A stretch of DNA of 64,000 bases from Candidatus Buchananbacteria bacterium (GTDB lineage Bacteria > Patescibacteriota > Patescibacteriia > 2-01-FULL-39-33): assembly GCA_030650095.1 (NCBI GenBank), contig JAUSEE010000007.1:16812-80811 (forward strand). Reading direction: 5' to 3'. The position numbers and the translations under genes were made by a program. The notes under the pieces were generated by a model. The model was not told the origin of the DNA. It made no database searches and saw only the letters and a list, made by a program, of their open reading frames with translations. The number at the start of each line of letters is the position of its first letter. The first letter of the stretch is position 1. Shown here piece by piece: positions 16,390-25,878 of the stretch.

Positions 16390-19302
16390 CTATGGTTTGG
16401 GCACGCAAGTTCCAAAACAACAACCCGTACTGCCATCGCCTAAAACAGTTGAATGATCTTTGGTAATAATCCAACTACCGCCTAAATCTGTCGTGGTGGC
16501 ACTCTCATCATAATATAAAACCTTGCAAAAATTATCTGTCGAATCGCATTCATTGGCGTTTTCTATTTCCGGACAATTTAAATAACCATAAGAAGCCGGA
16601 TTAGTGGGCAAAACCGGAGCGCAACCAGCCGATAAGGCGTACCCGTTATAACTGCAGATCTGTCCTGATTTAGCAGCTTCTTTGGGGCCAGCGCTAGGCA
16701 GAAAACAATTCTGGCTGATTGATTGGAGGCCAGAACCGGCCAGCGGGCCATATTTGGTGGCTAAATCAAAATCATTATGGTTTAAGCTAGCCTTGGTAAA
16801 ATCAGCCCAGCCGTCGAAATTTTGATCCAAATCATTTTTTAAAGACCAATAGCCGACCGGCACAGCTGATTCGCTGATGGTTTGTAAAACCAAATATCTG
16901 ACTGATTTTTCCTTTGGAGTAGAACCGTAATTCCAACCTGGTTTTAGGGTAGAACTGCGCATCAATCTATCAAAGCTAAAATCAACTTTAGTTTTCGGGC
17001 TGTTAATTTGATCATCACCTACCGGTTCATCGGTTTTAAGCAGCGGAGCCTTTTTGTCTATCTCGCTGGAAATATTAAATGACCAGGAAAAATTATCACC
17101 GAAACCACTAAGGCCAAAAGCCGGAGTTGATGAACCGTAGCTTACCACTCTTGACCCAGGAGCAGAACAATCGCCTGGCTGGCAGATTATGCCTAAATTC
17201 AAATCATACTTACTGCGTCCGGATTTGCCTTCGCCACTGCCTGATTGACCTTGGGCAATGCCTATGGTTTTATTATTGTATTGATAAGTGTCAAAACTGC
17301 CGTTGAAAGCATTAAAACTCATATCCACCAGGCCGTTCATTTGCGGAGATAAAGGATAAAATACTTGCTTGCCATCAACAGTCTTAAGACAGCGGCCATG
17401 GCCATCACTTATTCCGCCCCAAGCCGAACATTTGGCGTCACTGGCGTTCATCAGGGTAGCCGAAGAAATCTCTACCTCATAAGGCTGGGCATTGCCAGAA
17501 ACCGGCCAACAGAACATAGTATCGCCGCAGCTATTTGTGCCACATTCATCGGGAGCCACCAGTTCTATCGTTTTATATTGATTGGATATTTCCACTGTAT
17601 AGCCGGTAATTGCAACACCAGCTCTTTTGACAATGATGCTATCTTCTATAACCGACGGATTAACCGCTTCATTGAAATTAATTTGAATGATTGTATTCCT
17701 ATAAGCGTCAGGCAGACCATTGGGCTCGCGATTCGGCTGCTGATCTTGGCCATTAGTTTTAGTAATAACGAAGTTGCTACTGGTGCCGATGAAATTTAGA
17801 TTATATTTAGCGGTAGCGGCGCCAGTCTGCTTGGTTTGAACGCAGTTAGCCCCGCAAGTTTCAAATAGATTGGTATCACTTATTAATTTATCATCAAAAC
17901 CGGCTGGATTAGGAATATCGGTGCCAAAAGTGTAGGTTTTAATAGTAGTGCTATTATCTTTAAGTTCCAATTTATCTCCATCTTGGTGAGCCACGACATT
18001 AAAAGTCCAAGAATTGCCACGGGCCACGACACCATCAGCATTAAAGACCAAGCCGTACGGACCTATATTCAAAATGGCTCCAGGCGGATCAAATTGGCCG
18101 CTGTTAAATGTGCCCATAGTTCCTGGCCAAGTGGTTTTTATTTCTCCAGTGCCGGAATCAACCCTAACTGTAACCAAGCCGGTAGCTGTACCGCCATAGT
18201 TGCCAGTAATGATTCCGGAAATAGTAGTGCCGCCCCCCTTAACAGCAGTACTATCGAAGGACGACAATGTTTCTAATCTAATATTAGCCAGAGTTAGAGC
18301 CACGGAAAATTGAGTGGCTGTCGGGCCGGAGGCCACGCCATAATCATCCAGCAAATCATCTGGGTAAGGATAAACACCAGCTAGATTAATAATTTCGGGC
18401 GGATCCAAATCTAATTCTCCATTAGTGGTAAATTGCCAAGCGTACTCTTCATTAAATAAGTTATCAAAGACTGATTTACCAGGCTCAGCCACGGTTTCTA
18501 TGCCTGACTTTAGATTGACCTTAAACCTCCGGTTGGCAAAATCTTCTAAGCCCAGATATTTATTTGGTATGATAGTAAATGTTCTGTCGTCATTACTGTC
18601 CACTATGCTGCCGGAAAAGGCGCCAACAGAAAATTCTTCGCCTTCTTCCTGACAGATGCCGTTATTATCAACTTGGCAGATTTCTATATTGGTCATGGCC
18701 GTATCAGTGCCGTTACAAACAGCCGCTCCACAGATAGTCTGGGGATTAATTTTTTCCTTGAAAGTCACAGCAATAGCGGTATTAATCGGCACATCAACTT
18801 GCCCCGGAGACGGATAAACGCTTTCAATCGGTCCTACGCCAATGCCCCAACGGCCCAAATCGCCAGGACCGCCGCCACCATGGCCATAGTCGCCACCGCC
18901 ACCAAAACCAGCCAAGATACCAATAATAAAAGCGGTTATAATATAGGATGATAAAATAATAATTATGCCGATAACCGTGTTAATCAGTATTTTTTTGGCT
19001 TTCTCAATTTTAGCCGGGTCACCGCCGGAAGTCATCCAAACAAATCCGCCATAAAGCACCATAATAACCGCAAAGATGCCTAAAAATCCCAAGATAAGTT
19101 GGATAATCCGAACAATAGCTACTCTTAAATCATTTTGAGGCAAGCCGATAGCCGCCGCATCAGCCAAGCCAAAACGGTTTGGAGCTTGAGCCAAGCCTAC
19201 ACTGGGCAAAATTAAGAGTAAAAAAAACGCCAAGAAAGATACCAAGAGTACTCTTTTGGCGATTTTCGACTTCTGCATGGATGAAAGCCGTGGACTAAAC
19301 AT
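16390..19302 (-). CDS. Large (970 aa) secreted, membrane-anchored surface protein with the same VirB2/TrbC-pilin-like N-terminal module, a Gly-rich linker, multiple beta-rich extracellular domains and a Cys-rich C-terminus
   Basis: N-terminus: ...SVGLAQ APNRFGL..AAAIGLPQNDLR..LILGFLGIFAVIMVLYGGFVWMTSGGDPAKIEKAKK..VIGIIIILSSY. Gly-rich linker GGGGDYGHGGGGPGD. The gene ends 9 nt upstream of the 3310-aa gene. Confidence 0.75.
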   Translation of the reverse strand: MFSPRLSSMQKSKIAKRVLLVSFLAFFLLLILPSVGLAQAPNRFGLADAAAIGLPQNDLRVAIVRIIQLILGFLGIFAVIMVLYGGFVWMTSGGDPAKIEKAKKILINTVIGIIIILSSYIITAFIIGILAGFGGGGDYGHGGGGPGDLGRWGIGVGPIESVYPSPGQVDVPINTAIAVTFKEKINPQTICGAAVCNGTDTAMTNIEICQVDNNGICQEEGEEFSVGAFSGSIVDSNDDRTFTIIPNKYLGLEDFANRRFKVNLKSGIETVAEPGKSVFDNLFNEEYAWQFTTNGELDLDPPEIINLAGVYPYPDDLLDDYGVASGPTATQFSVALTLANIRLETLSSFDSTAVKGGGTTISGIITGNYGGTATGLVTVRVDSGTGEIKTTWPGTMGTFNSGQFDPPGAILNIGPYGLVFNADGVVARGNSWTFNVVAHQDGDKLELKDNSTTIKTYTFGTDIPNPAGFDDKLISDTNLFETCGANCVQTKQTGAATAKYNLNFIGTSSNFVITKTNGQDQQPNREPNGLPDAYRNTIIQINFNEAVNPSVIEDSIIVKRAGVAITGYTVEISNQYKTIELVAPDECGTNSCGDTMFCWPVSGNAQPYEVEISSATLMNASDAKCSAWGGISDGHGRCLKTVDGKQVFYPLSPQMNGLVDMSFNAFNGSFDTYQYNNKTIGIAQGQSGSGEGKSGRSKYDLNLGIICQPGDCSAPGSRVVSYGSSTPAFGLSGFGDNFSWSFNISSEIDKKAPLLKTDEPVGDDQINSPKTKVDFSFDRLMRSSTLKPGWNYGSTPKEKSVRYLVLQTISESAVPVGYWSLKNDLDQNFDGWADFTKASLNHNDFDLATKYGPLAGSGLQSISQNCFLPSAGPKEAAKSGQICSYNGYALSAGCAPVLPTNPASYGYLNCPEIENANECDSTDNFCKVLYYDESATTTDLGGSWIITKDHSTVLGDGSTGCCFGTCVPKP

Positions 19303-19340
19303 AAAGCATGTGATTTATTTAGTTTGTCTTAATTTTATTT

Positions 19341-19799
19341 TTATCTTTTCAATTCTTCTTTGACAATTTTAGAAACCATTTGGCCGTCAGCTTGATTTTT
19401 CGTTTGAGCCATGACCGCTCCCATTACCTTCCCGAAAGCAGACGGGCCAGCAGTTCCAATATCTTTGATAACTTGCAAAACAACAGCCCTCACTTGATCA
19501 TCAGGCATTTGCTCGGGCAAATATTTTTCCAAAATAACTATTTCCTTCTCTTCTTTATCAGCTAGATCCAAGCGTTTAGCTTGGCTGTACGACAGATATG
19601 AATCCTTTCTTTTCTTGATTTCTGATTTTATGACCGCTGTAATATCAGCATCAGGCAAACGTTCCCCTTTGGGCAACTTTTTTTCGATCTCTTTATTGGT
19701 TAAGGCCGCCTTTAGCATCCTTAAAACCGACACGGTCGTGTCTTGCTTATTTTTAAAAGCGGTTAAAAAATCTTGATTTATCTTTTCAGCTAAAGACAT
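19341..19799 (-). CDS. yqeY: GatB/YqeY domain protein
   Basis: 152-aa protein beginning MSLAEKINQDFLTAFKNKQ with KLPKGE and a VVLQVIKD tail, typical of the YqeY family. Confidence 0.75.
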   Translation of the reverse strand: MSLAEKINQDFLTAFKNKQDTTVSVLRMLKAALTNKEIEKKLPKGERLPDADITAVIKSEIKKRKDSYLSYSQAKRLDLADKEEKEIVILEKYLPEQMPDDQVRAVVLQVIKDIGTAGPSAFGKVMGAVMAQTKNQADGQMVSKIVKEELKR

Positions 19800-19899
19800 A
19801 TTAATTAACTAAATTAAACTTTAGAAAGTTATAAAGTCAAAAAATAATCTTTAACTTTATAAACTTTATAAATTTTACCAACTTCCCTAGGCAGACTTT

Positions 19900-20142
19900 T
19901 TATCTTCTATTGTCTCTCTCTTTTTCATCAACTAATTTGCCTATTTTCTTTAAATATTCTCTTTTATCAGATATTTCCTTTCTTCTGGCTGCAGCCGATC
20001 GAACGGCTGTTTTGCTTTTCTTAGGCTCATAATATCTAATTTTACGGGATTGAATCAATCTTCCGCTTTGTTGTATTTTCTTGCTGAATCTTCTAACTAA
20101 AGCTTCAAATGTTTCTCCTTTTTTTCTTTTAACTTCCGCCAC
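19900..20142 (-). CDS. rpsU: 30S ribosomal protein S21
   Basis: 80-aa basic protein, MAEVKRKKGETFEALVRRFSKK..GRL..RKIRYYEPKKSK, matching the bS21 pattern. Confidence 0.8.
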   Translation of the reverse strand: MAEVKRKKGETFEALVRRFSKKIQQSGRLIQSRKIRYYEPKKSKTAVRSAAARRKEISDKREYLKKIGKLVDEKERDNRR

Positions 20143-20199
20143 TGTGATTTCACCTCGCTTTCTATGGGTTATATATTAAAACTATAACTTTATTATTTA

Positions 20200-21699
20200 T
20201 TATTTTTCTAAATCTAACTTTTCAATTTCCTCAATATCCTCCTTCTGATCTTCTAAACTTTCAATTTCACTGGAAATATTGCCGGACATTTCAATTTTAT
20301 TTTCACTTTCTTCATTTTGAGTCAGATCAATGACAGCGCCTTCATTATACTTTTCCAATCTCTTTTTCAACTCACGCTCAATTTTATTGAAATCAATGAC
20401 TTCCTGAACGCCGCCCTGCATATCCCTTAACATGATAGTGCCGTCACCGACTTCCTTTTGGCCGATAATCAAAGTGAATTTGACTCTCATTTTATTGGCT
20501 ATTTCCAATTGTTTTTTCAAACTATCCTTATGAAAGGCTTGGGAAACGGTAAAGCTGCCGTTTTTCCTAAGATTTTCATACATCACCATGGCTTTCTTCT
20601 TGGCCGCATCACCCAATTGAGCCACAAACACATCAATTCTTTCTTCTGGAACTTCAATATTTTTTTCTCTCATTTTTGCCACAATCCTATCCATACCCAT
20701 AGCTAAACCACAAGCGGGAGTTTCTTCACGGCCACCCAGAATTTTTATCAAACCGTCGTACCTGCCGCCTCCGCCTAAGGCATTTTTTCCTTCCACATCA
20801 TCGATAGCCCAATATTCAAAAATTGTTCTGGTGTAATAATCAAGGCCCCTGACAATATAAGGATTTAAAACATAGGGTAAATCCAATTCATCCAAATAAC
20901 CGATTACCTTCATAAAATGATTTTTGCAAGCATCATCCAAGTAATCCAATATTTGCGGGGAATCTTCCCGAAGACTGCGGCAACCTTCTTCCTTGCAATC
21001 CAAAAGGCGCAAAGGATTCCTGCCCATCTTGTTTTTACAATTTTCACATAAAAGCTTGGATTTTGTCTTATAATATTTAACTAGGGCTTTCTTGTATTCT
21101 TCGCGGCATTCCTTGCAACCGATACTATTAACCTGGATAACCGATTCAATGCCTAAATCGTTTAAAGAATTCCAACCCATTAATATAAGCTGGGCATCCA
21201 AGGCCGGATTATCTTCGCCGATAGCTTCAAAACCAAATTGAAAGAATTGCCTATACCGGCCGGATTGGGGCTTTTCATGCCTAAAAAGCGGACCTTCATA
21301 AAAAAATTTAACCGGCTGGGTATGGTTGAGCAAGCCGTGTTGGATATAAGCCCTGACAACCGAGGCAGTGCCTTCCGGCCTCAAAACTAAACTATCACCG
21401 CCTTGATCCACAAAAGAAAACATTTCTTTCTCGACAATATCCGTTTGCGAACCGACTCCTCTGACAAATAATTCCGAATATTCCAAAATAGGCGTATCGA
21501 TTCTTTCATAGTCATAATCTTTGGAAATCTGTTTGGCCACTTCCCTTACTCTTTCCCAATATTTTTGATCTTGAGGGAGTATATCGCGCATACCGGTAAC
21601 GGTGGATAAATCCCTTTTGGTTTTTTTTGGTTTTTTGATTTCTTTAACAACTTTTTTCTCCATAGGCTTTCTTATTCCAGCTATTTTTTTTCTGGTCAT
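20200..21699 (-). CDS. hisS: Histidyl-tRNA synthetase, with an acidic C-terminal extension
   Basis: Class II HisRS motifs LRPEGTASVVRAY and GGGRYDGL, plus an anticodon-binding domain. Confidence 0.9.
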   Translation of the reverse strand: MTRKKIAGIRKPMEKKVVKEIKKPKKTKRDLSTVTGMRDILPQDQKYWERVREVAKQISKDYDYERIDTPILEYSELFVRGVGSQTDIVEKEMFSFVDQGGDSLVLRPEGTASVVRAYIQHGLLNHTQPVKFFYEGPLFRHEKPQSGRYRQFFQFGFEAIGEDNPALDAQLILMGWNSLNDLGIESVIQVNSIGCKECREEYKKALVKYYKTKSKLLCENCKNKMGRNPLRLLDCKEEGCRSLREDSPQILDYLDDACKNHFMKVIGYLDELDLPYVLNPYIVRGLDYYTRTIFEYWAIDDVEGKNALGGGGRYDGLIKILGGREETPACGLAMGMDRIVAKMREKNIEVPEERIDVFVAQLGDAAKKKAMVMYENLRKNGSFTVSQAFHKDSLKKQLEIANKMRVKFTLIIGQKEVGDGTIMLRDMQGGVQEVIDFNKIERELKKRLEKYNEGAVIDLTQNEESENKIEMSGNISSEIESLEDQKEDIEEIEKLDLEK

Positions 21700-21721
21700 A
21701 GTATATTTTGGTGTTTTAAGT

Positions 21722-22354
21722 TTAAAATCCGTATTGGGGAGTGGTAAATAGTGTTAACTTATTAAAAGGCCAGCCCCTAAGCCAAGTTCGACCAATTATA
21801 AAATCAGATCTCACCGGACCAAAAGTTCTAGAATCCTGGCTTTGATCACGATTATCACCCATTAAATAATATTCGTTATCCTTCAATTTTAGTTCCCCGT
21901 AACCGCTGACCGGCAACCTAGTTTCCACGCCGCTGGCCAAATAGTCCTCTTTTAAAACATTGGACTGACCGCCGACCGGGGTTATAAAAATTGAGCCATT
22001 ATCAATCTTGACTGTTTCGCCTGGCAAACCGATAACCCTTTTGATAAAAAACTGCCTCGGATCTTTGGGATATTTAAAAACTATTATATCCCCTCTTTTA
22101 GGCTCATTGAAACGGTAGCTTATTTCATCAATAATCAAATATTCATGATCGTGGAAATTAGGCTCCATGGAAGCGCCCTTAACATAGAAAGGCTGAATTA
22201 AAAAATATCTAATCGGCAACACGATAACCAGGGAAATTAAAGTTATTTTGGCCATTTCCCAAATAAAATCCAATAACCTCTTGAATTTGCCGGGACTGGG
22301 CGCATTAAATGAGTATTGGCCATCACCAGAATTGTAATCAGAAGAATTATCCAC
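21722..22354 (-). CDS. lepB: Signal peptidase I
   Basis: Motifs GASMEPNF (catalytic Ser), FIKRVIGLPGE and YLMGDNRDQSQDSR. Confidence 0.85.
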   Translation of the reverse strand: MDNSSDYNSGDGQYSFNAPSPGKFKRLLDFIWEMAKITLISLVIVLPIRYFLIQPFYVKGASMEPNFHDHEYLIIDEISYRFNEPKRGDIIVFKYPKDPRQFFIKRVIGLPGETVKIDNGSIFITPVGGQSNVLKEDYLASGVETRLPVSGYGELKLKDNEYYLMGDNRDQSQDSRTFGPVRSDFIIGRTWLRGWPFNKLTLFTTPQYGF

Positions 22355-22434
22355 TTATTTTATAATTTATTATATCTACTCATGATTATAACACTTAAAA
22401 TGATATTTTACAAGCTTTGTTATAACATAAAACC

Positions 22435-22463
22435 TTGTCAAATATCAACTAATAAGCTACAAT
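22435..22463 (+). promoter_or_regulatory. Sigma70-like promoter for the LCP-family gene
   Basis: TTGTCA, a 17-nt spacer and TACAAT, about 50 nt upstream of the start codon. Confidence 0.5.
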
Positions 22464-22515
22464 GTAAAATGTGTTTATCATCTTATCAACAAGAGCATTA
22501 AATTTATAAAAAATA

Positions 22516-24075
22516 ATGAGAAAAGTCAAGGTCAACCTATTATCAGACGATAATGAAGAAAACATAAAAACAGCTGAAACGGAAAAAATTGCGCTAGCAA
22601 ACAACCGCTACCGACCCAAAAGAAAATATAACCTCAAAAAAATAATTGCCAGTGTTATTATAGTAATAGTAATATGCTTGGCAGTTTTTTCGTCTTCCAT
22701 AGTTTTTTCTGATGAAAATCTAATTAAAAATCTGGCTAAGCTTAATTTGTTGCAGCAAATGGGAAGATTAATAGGAGCTGGCAGTAAGGATTTGATAGGC
22801 GAAGATGAAGACCGAATAAGTGTCCTCTTAATTGGCATGGGCGGAAGCGGCCATGAAGGCGGCACGCTGGCTGACACTATAATCCTGGGATCATTCAAAC
22901 CCAGCACCAATCAAGTGGCTATGCTATCGATCCCCCGTGATTTAAGCGTCAAAACAGCCAACTATGATTGGACTAAAATAAACGCCATCAACGCTTACGC
23001 GGAAAAAAAAGAAGAGGGCAGCGGCGGACGTGAAATGGCTAGTGTTTTAAACGATCTGGTTGATACTAATATAAAATATTATGTCACTGTTGATTTTTCC
23101 GGTTTTGAAAGATTAATTGACGAGTTCGGCGGAGTTGATGTTTATGTGGAAAGAGATTTAATTGATATGGAATATCCTATCAGAGGCAAGGAAGATATCT
23201 TCCCTATAGAAAACCGTTATGAAACTCTTAATATAAAGAAAGGCCAACAACATATGGATGGGGCCACGGCTTTAAAATACGCCAGATCAAGGCATGCTTT
23301 GGGTATTGAAGGATCTGATTTTGCCAGATCAAAAAGGCAACAAAACATTTTATCAGCTCTAAAAGACAAAGTCTTCCATTTTGATACGATTTTAAATCCT
23401 AAAAAATTAAACAGCCTTTTAACCGCTTACAACGAACATATCTCCACTAATTTAGAAATATGGCAACTGCTTAAGCTGGCTCAAATGGCCAAAGATATTG
23501 ATACCAGTAAAATAATAAACCACACCCTATCAGATGCCAGTGGCGGCTTGGTCCATTCGCAAATCATAAACGGAGCCTATGTCCTTATACCCAATGACGG
23601 CAATTTTGAAGCTATAAAAAAATTATGGCAGAATATTTTCTATACAACCGGAACAGAAATAAAAACCGTCGGTAGTACAACTGTTTATCAATCTACTAAT
23701 CAATTGGCTAGCACTAGCGCCACCACTACTGATAATCAAGTGGAAACTAAAAAGACCGATAACACCTTGCCCAAAACACTAACAGCTGATTATAAAACAG
23801 AAGGAGCCACAATTGAAATTAGAAATGGCACTTGGATAACAGGCTATGCCAGCAAACAACAATCCGAATTAGAAACCAAGGGCTTTGATGTCACTAGTGC
23901 CGGCAATGCTGATAATCATGATTATGCCAAAACTTTAATTTATGATTTTTCCAAGGGCAAAAACCCGGGCACAACCTTGGAATTGGCGAAAATCTACGGA
24001 ACAAGCGTAATTACCAGTATTCCTGTTTCTTTAAGTTCCAGCGCCAACTTCCTGATAATTTTAGGGCAAGATTAA
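22516..24075 (+). CDS. LytR-CpsA-Psr (LCP) family cell-envelope polymer transferase with a C-terminal LytR_C-like domain
   Basis: N-terminal TM helix. LCP core RISVLLIGMGGSGHEGGTLADTIILGSF...MLSIPRDL. Confidence 0.85.
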   Translation: MRKVKVNLLSDDNEENIKTAETEKIALANNRYRPKRKYNLKKIIASVIIVIVICLAVFSSSIVFSDENLIKNLAKLNLLQQMGRLIGAGSKDLIGEDEDRISVLLIGMGGSGHEGGTLADTIILGSFKPSTNQVAMLSIPRDLSVKTANYDWTKINAINAYAEKKEEGSGGREMASVLNDLVDTNIKYYVTVDFSGFERLIDEFGGVDVYVERDLIDMEYPIRGKEDIFPIENRYETLNIKKGQQHMDGATALKYARSRHALGIEGSDFARSKRQQNILSALKDKVFHFDTILNPKKLNSLLTAYNEHISTNLEIWQLLKLAQMAKDIDTSKIINHTLSDASGGLVHSQIINGAYVLIPNDGNFEAIKKLWQNIFYTTGTEIKTVGSTTVYQSTNQLASTSATTTDNQVETKKTDNTLPKTLTADYKTEGATIEIRNGTWITGYASKQQSELETKGFDVTSAGNADNHDYAKTLIYDFSKGKNPGTTLELAKIYGTSVITSIPVSLSSSANFLIILGQD

Positions 24076-24095
24076 AAAATTAAGAGCCAAAAAAA

Positions 24096-24119
24096 CCGCT
24101 GACAGACAGCGGTTTTTTG
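24096..24119 (+). terminator. Rho-independent terminator after the LCP gene
   Basis: CCGCTG acaga CAGCGG followed by TTTTTT. Confidence 0.8.
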
Positions 24120-24141
24120 ATATTTACAATGAAGTGACACC

Positions 24142-24169
24142 TTGACAAAACAGCCATAAAAAGTATACT
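24142..24169 (+). promoter_or_regulatory. Sigma70-like promoter of the DUF1559 gene
   Basis: TTGACA, a 16-nt spacer and TATACT. An AAGGA ribosome-binding site lies 9 nt before the ATG at 24343. Confidence 0.5.
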
Positions 24170-24342
24170 TATGTCAGCTGTAAAGCTAACGCACATTGAT
24201 AGTCTAAAGATAGCTAAAAAAACAAAGGAGTTTTTACCTATGTATAAGCAAACATAAATAGCGGCATTTAACAAGACAGTACTAAGTTTTTTTATTTCAG
24301 AAGAACAACGATCAGAAAAACGACAAAAGGAAACATAAGAAA

Positions 24343-25326
24343 ATGAAAAAGAGAAACGGTTTTACATTGATAGAACTTTTAGTAGTTATAGCCATTATCG
24401 GCATTTTGGCAGCCATACTTTTGCCAGCGCTGGCGCGAGCCAGAGAGGCGGCACGTCGATCCAGTTGCGCCAACAATCTGAAACAGTTCGGGCTTATTTT
24501 CAAAATGTATGCCAATGAATCTGGTGGTAAGTATCCACCGATGATGGGGTACACATCAAGTGACAGGCAGAAACCGGATCGAGTAGTCGGCTACAGTTCG
24601 ACACCCTGCGGTTTCGTCAACCCGCGATTGGCTCCACCCGCGCCTCCAGCCACAGCCGGCGGAGATGCGGAATTCATCTTCGACGGTAAAGCCGTTTATC
24701 CAGAATACATGACAGATCCAGCTATTTTGGTTTGCCCGTCCGATTCCGACGGTTCTGAGCGGAAAACTGCGGGAGAATTTAATCTGAACGGTGATACGAA
24801 TCTGTCGATTGACCCGTGCAATTTCAGCGCGGTGTCATATATGTATCTCGGCTGGGTGTTGTCCGGCAAGGCGGGCGATGATTATTTAATGAAAGGCGCG
24901 GATGCCAACAATCCAGCCATAGCCAATCTCGTAAGTCCACTTCAGGCCGTCGGCACGTATTTGGATCCCGGCTTTATCGTGAGAATTTTGACCCTGCTAA
25001 CGACAGCGTCTATGACGAATAATCCAGCGGAGTATGATCAGGATCTTAAGTTCGCCAATGCCTTTGCCGAGCAAAAGACGCTCTATCGAGTCCGAGAAGG
25101 CATCGAGCGGTTCTTCATCACTGACATCAATAATCCCGCTGGCAGCGCGCAAGCGCAATCAGTCATACCGTATATGTTTGATTTGTCGAGTTCTCTCGGC
25201 AGCGAATTCAACCATATTCCTGGTGGCGGCAACATATTGTACATGGACGGGCATGTAAGCTTTAATAGGTTCCCGGGAGAATTTCCGGTCACTCGAGCCT
25301 TCGCTCTGATGACATCCATGTTTTAA
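24343..25326 (+). CDS. DUF1559 / H-X9-DG family protein with a prepilin-type N-terminal cleavage/methylation domain (type IV pilin-like)
   Basis: [58 protein letters not shown] is the canonical DUF1559 N-terminus. C-terminal [17 protein letters not shown] is the H-X9-DG motif. The gene is markedly GC- and GC-codon-richer than its neighbours. Confidence 0.8.
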   Translation: MKKRNGFTLIELLVVIAIIGILAAILLPALARAREAARRSSCANNLKQFGLIFKMYANESGGKYPPMMGYTSSDRQKPDRVVGYSSTPCGFVNPRLAPPAPPATAGGDAEFIFDGKAVYPEYMTDPAILVCPSDSDGSERKTAGEFNLNGDTNLSIDPCNFSAVSYMYLGWVLSGKAGDDYLMKGADANNPAIANLVSPLQAVGTYLDPGFIVRILTLLTTASMTNNPAEYDQDLKFANAFAEQKTLYRVREGIERFFITDINNPAGSAQAQSVIPYMFDLSSSLGSEFNHIPGGGNILYMDGHVSFNRFPGEFPVTRAFALMTSMF

Positions 25327-25340
25327 TCTAGAAAATAACC

Positions 25341-25375
25341 AGCCATTGACCTAATAAGTCAATGGCTATTTTATT
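25341..25375 (+). terminator. Rho-independent terminator (bidirectional position between the DUF1559 gene and tspO)
   Basis: AGCCATTGAC ctaataa GTCAATGGCT followed by ATTTTATTT. Confidence 0.7.
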
Positions 25376-25401
25376 TGGTAAAAAATCTAAAAAATAAATA
25401 A

Positions 25402-25872
25402 CTAGTTCAATATCAAAATATAAAAATTCAATAGGCTGGCGAAACTCACCCAAAGGATATAGGGCAATAAAAGCAGGCTGGATAATTTACTGATTCTCCA
25501 AAAATAAATCATTAAAAAAATAATCGCCAGCCATAACAATATAATAGTACAAAAAGCTAACAAAGGATTATGCCAGCCAAAAAAAGCCAGCGACCAAAAG
25601 GAATTGATAAATAAATGTATAACAAAAACTACAACAGCCATTTTAGATTTTTTATTATTCGCCGACCAAACCAGATACAAAGAAATCGCCATTAAAATAA
25701 AGAGGGTTGTCCAAACCGGGGCAAAAAGCCAAGCTGGCGGGTTGAAACTAGGCTTATTAAGAGTGCTGTACCAAGTTGGAACTTCGGAGGCGGTAAAAAT
25801 TGAGCCGGCCAAACCGGCCAAGAAAGTAAAGGCCAGCGACAGAATGAGTTTGGAATATTTTTTTAACAACAT
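25402..25872 (-). CDS. tspO: TspO/MBR family tryptophan-rich sensory protein
   Basis: Motif WYSTLNKPSFNPPAWLFAPVWTTLFILMAISLYLVW in a 5-TM, 156-aa protein. Confidence 0.75.
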   Translation of the reverse strand: MLLKKYSKLILSLAFTFLAGLAGSIFTASEVPTWYSTLNKPSFNPPAWLFAPVWTTLFILMAISLYLVWSANNKKSKMAVVVFVIHLFINSFWSLAFFGWHNPLLAFCTIILLWLAIIFLMIYFWRISKLSSLLLLPYILWVSFASLLNFYILILN

Positions 25873-25878
25873 AAATAT

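Noticed and set aside
6448-19302. Possible diversity-generating retroelement target in the giant surface proteins
   Set aside because: No reverse-transcriptase gene and no template/variable repeat pair with A-specific mismatches were found in the window. It cannot be excluded for the rest of the genome.
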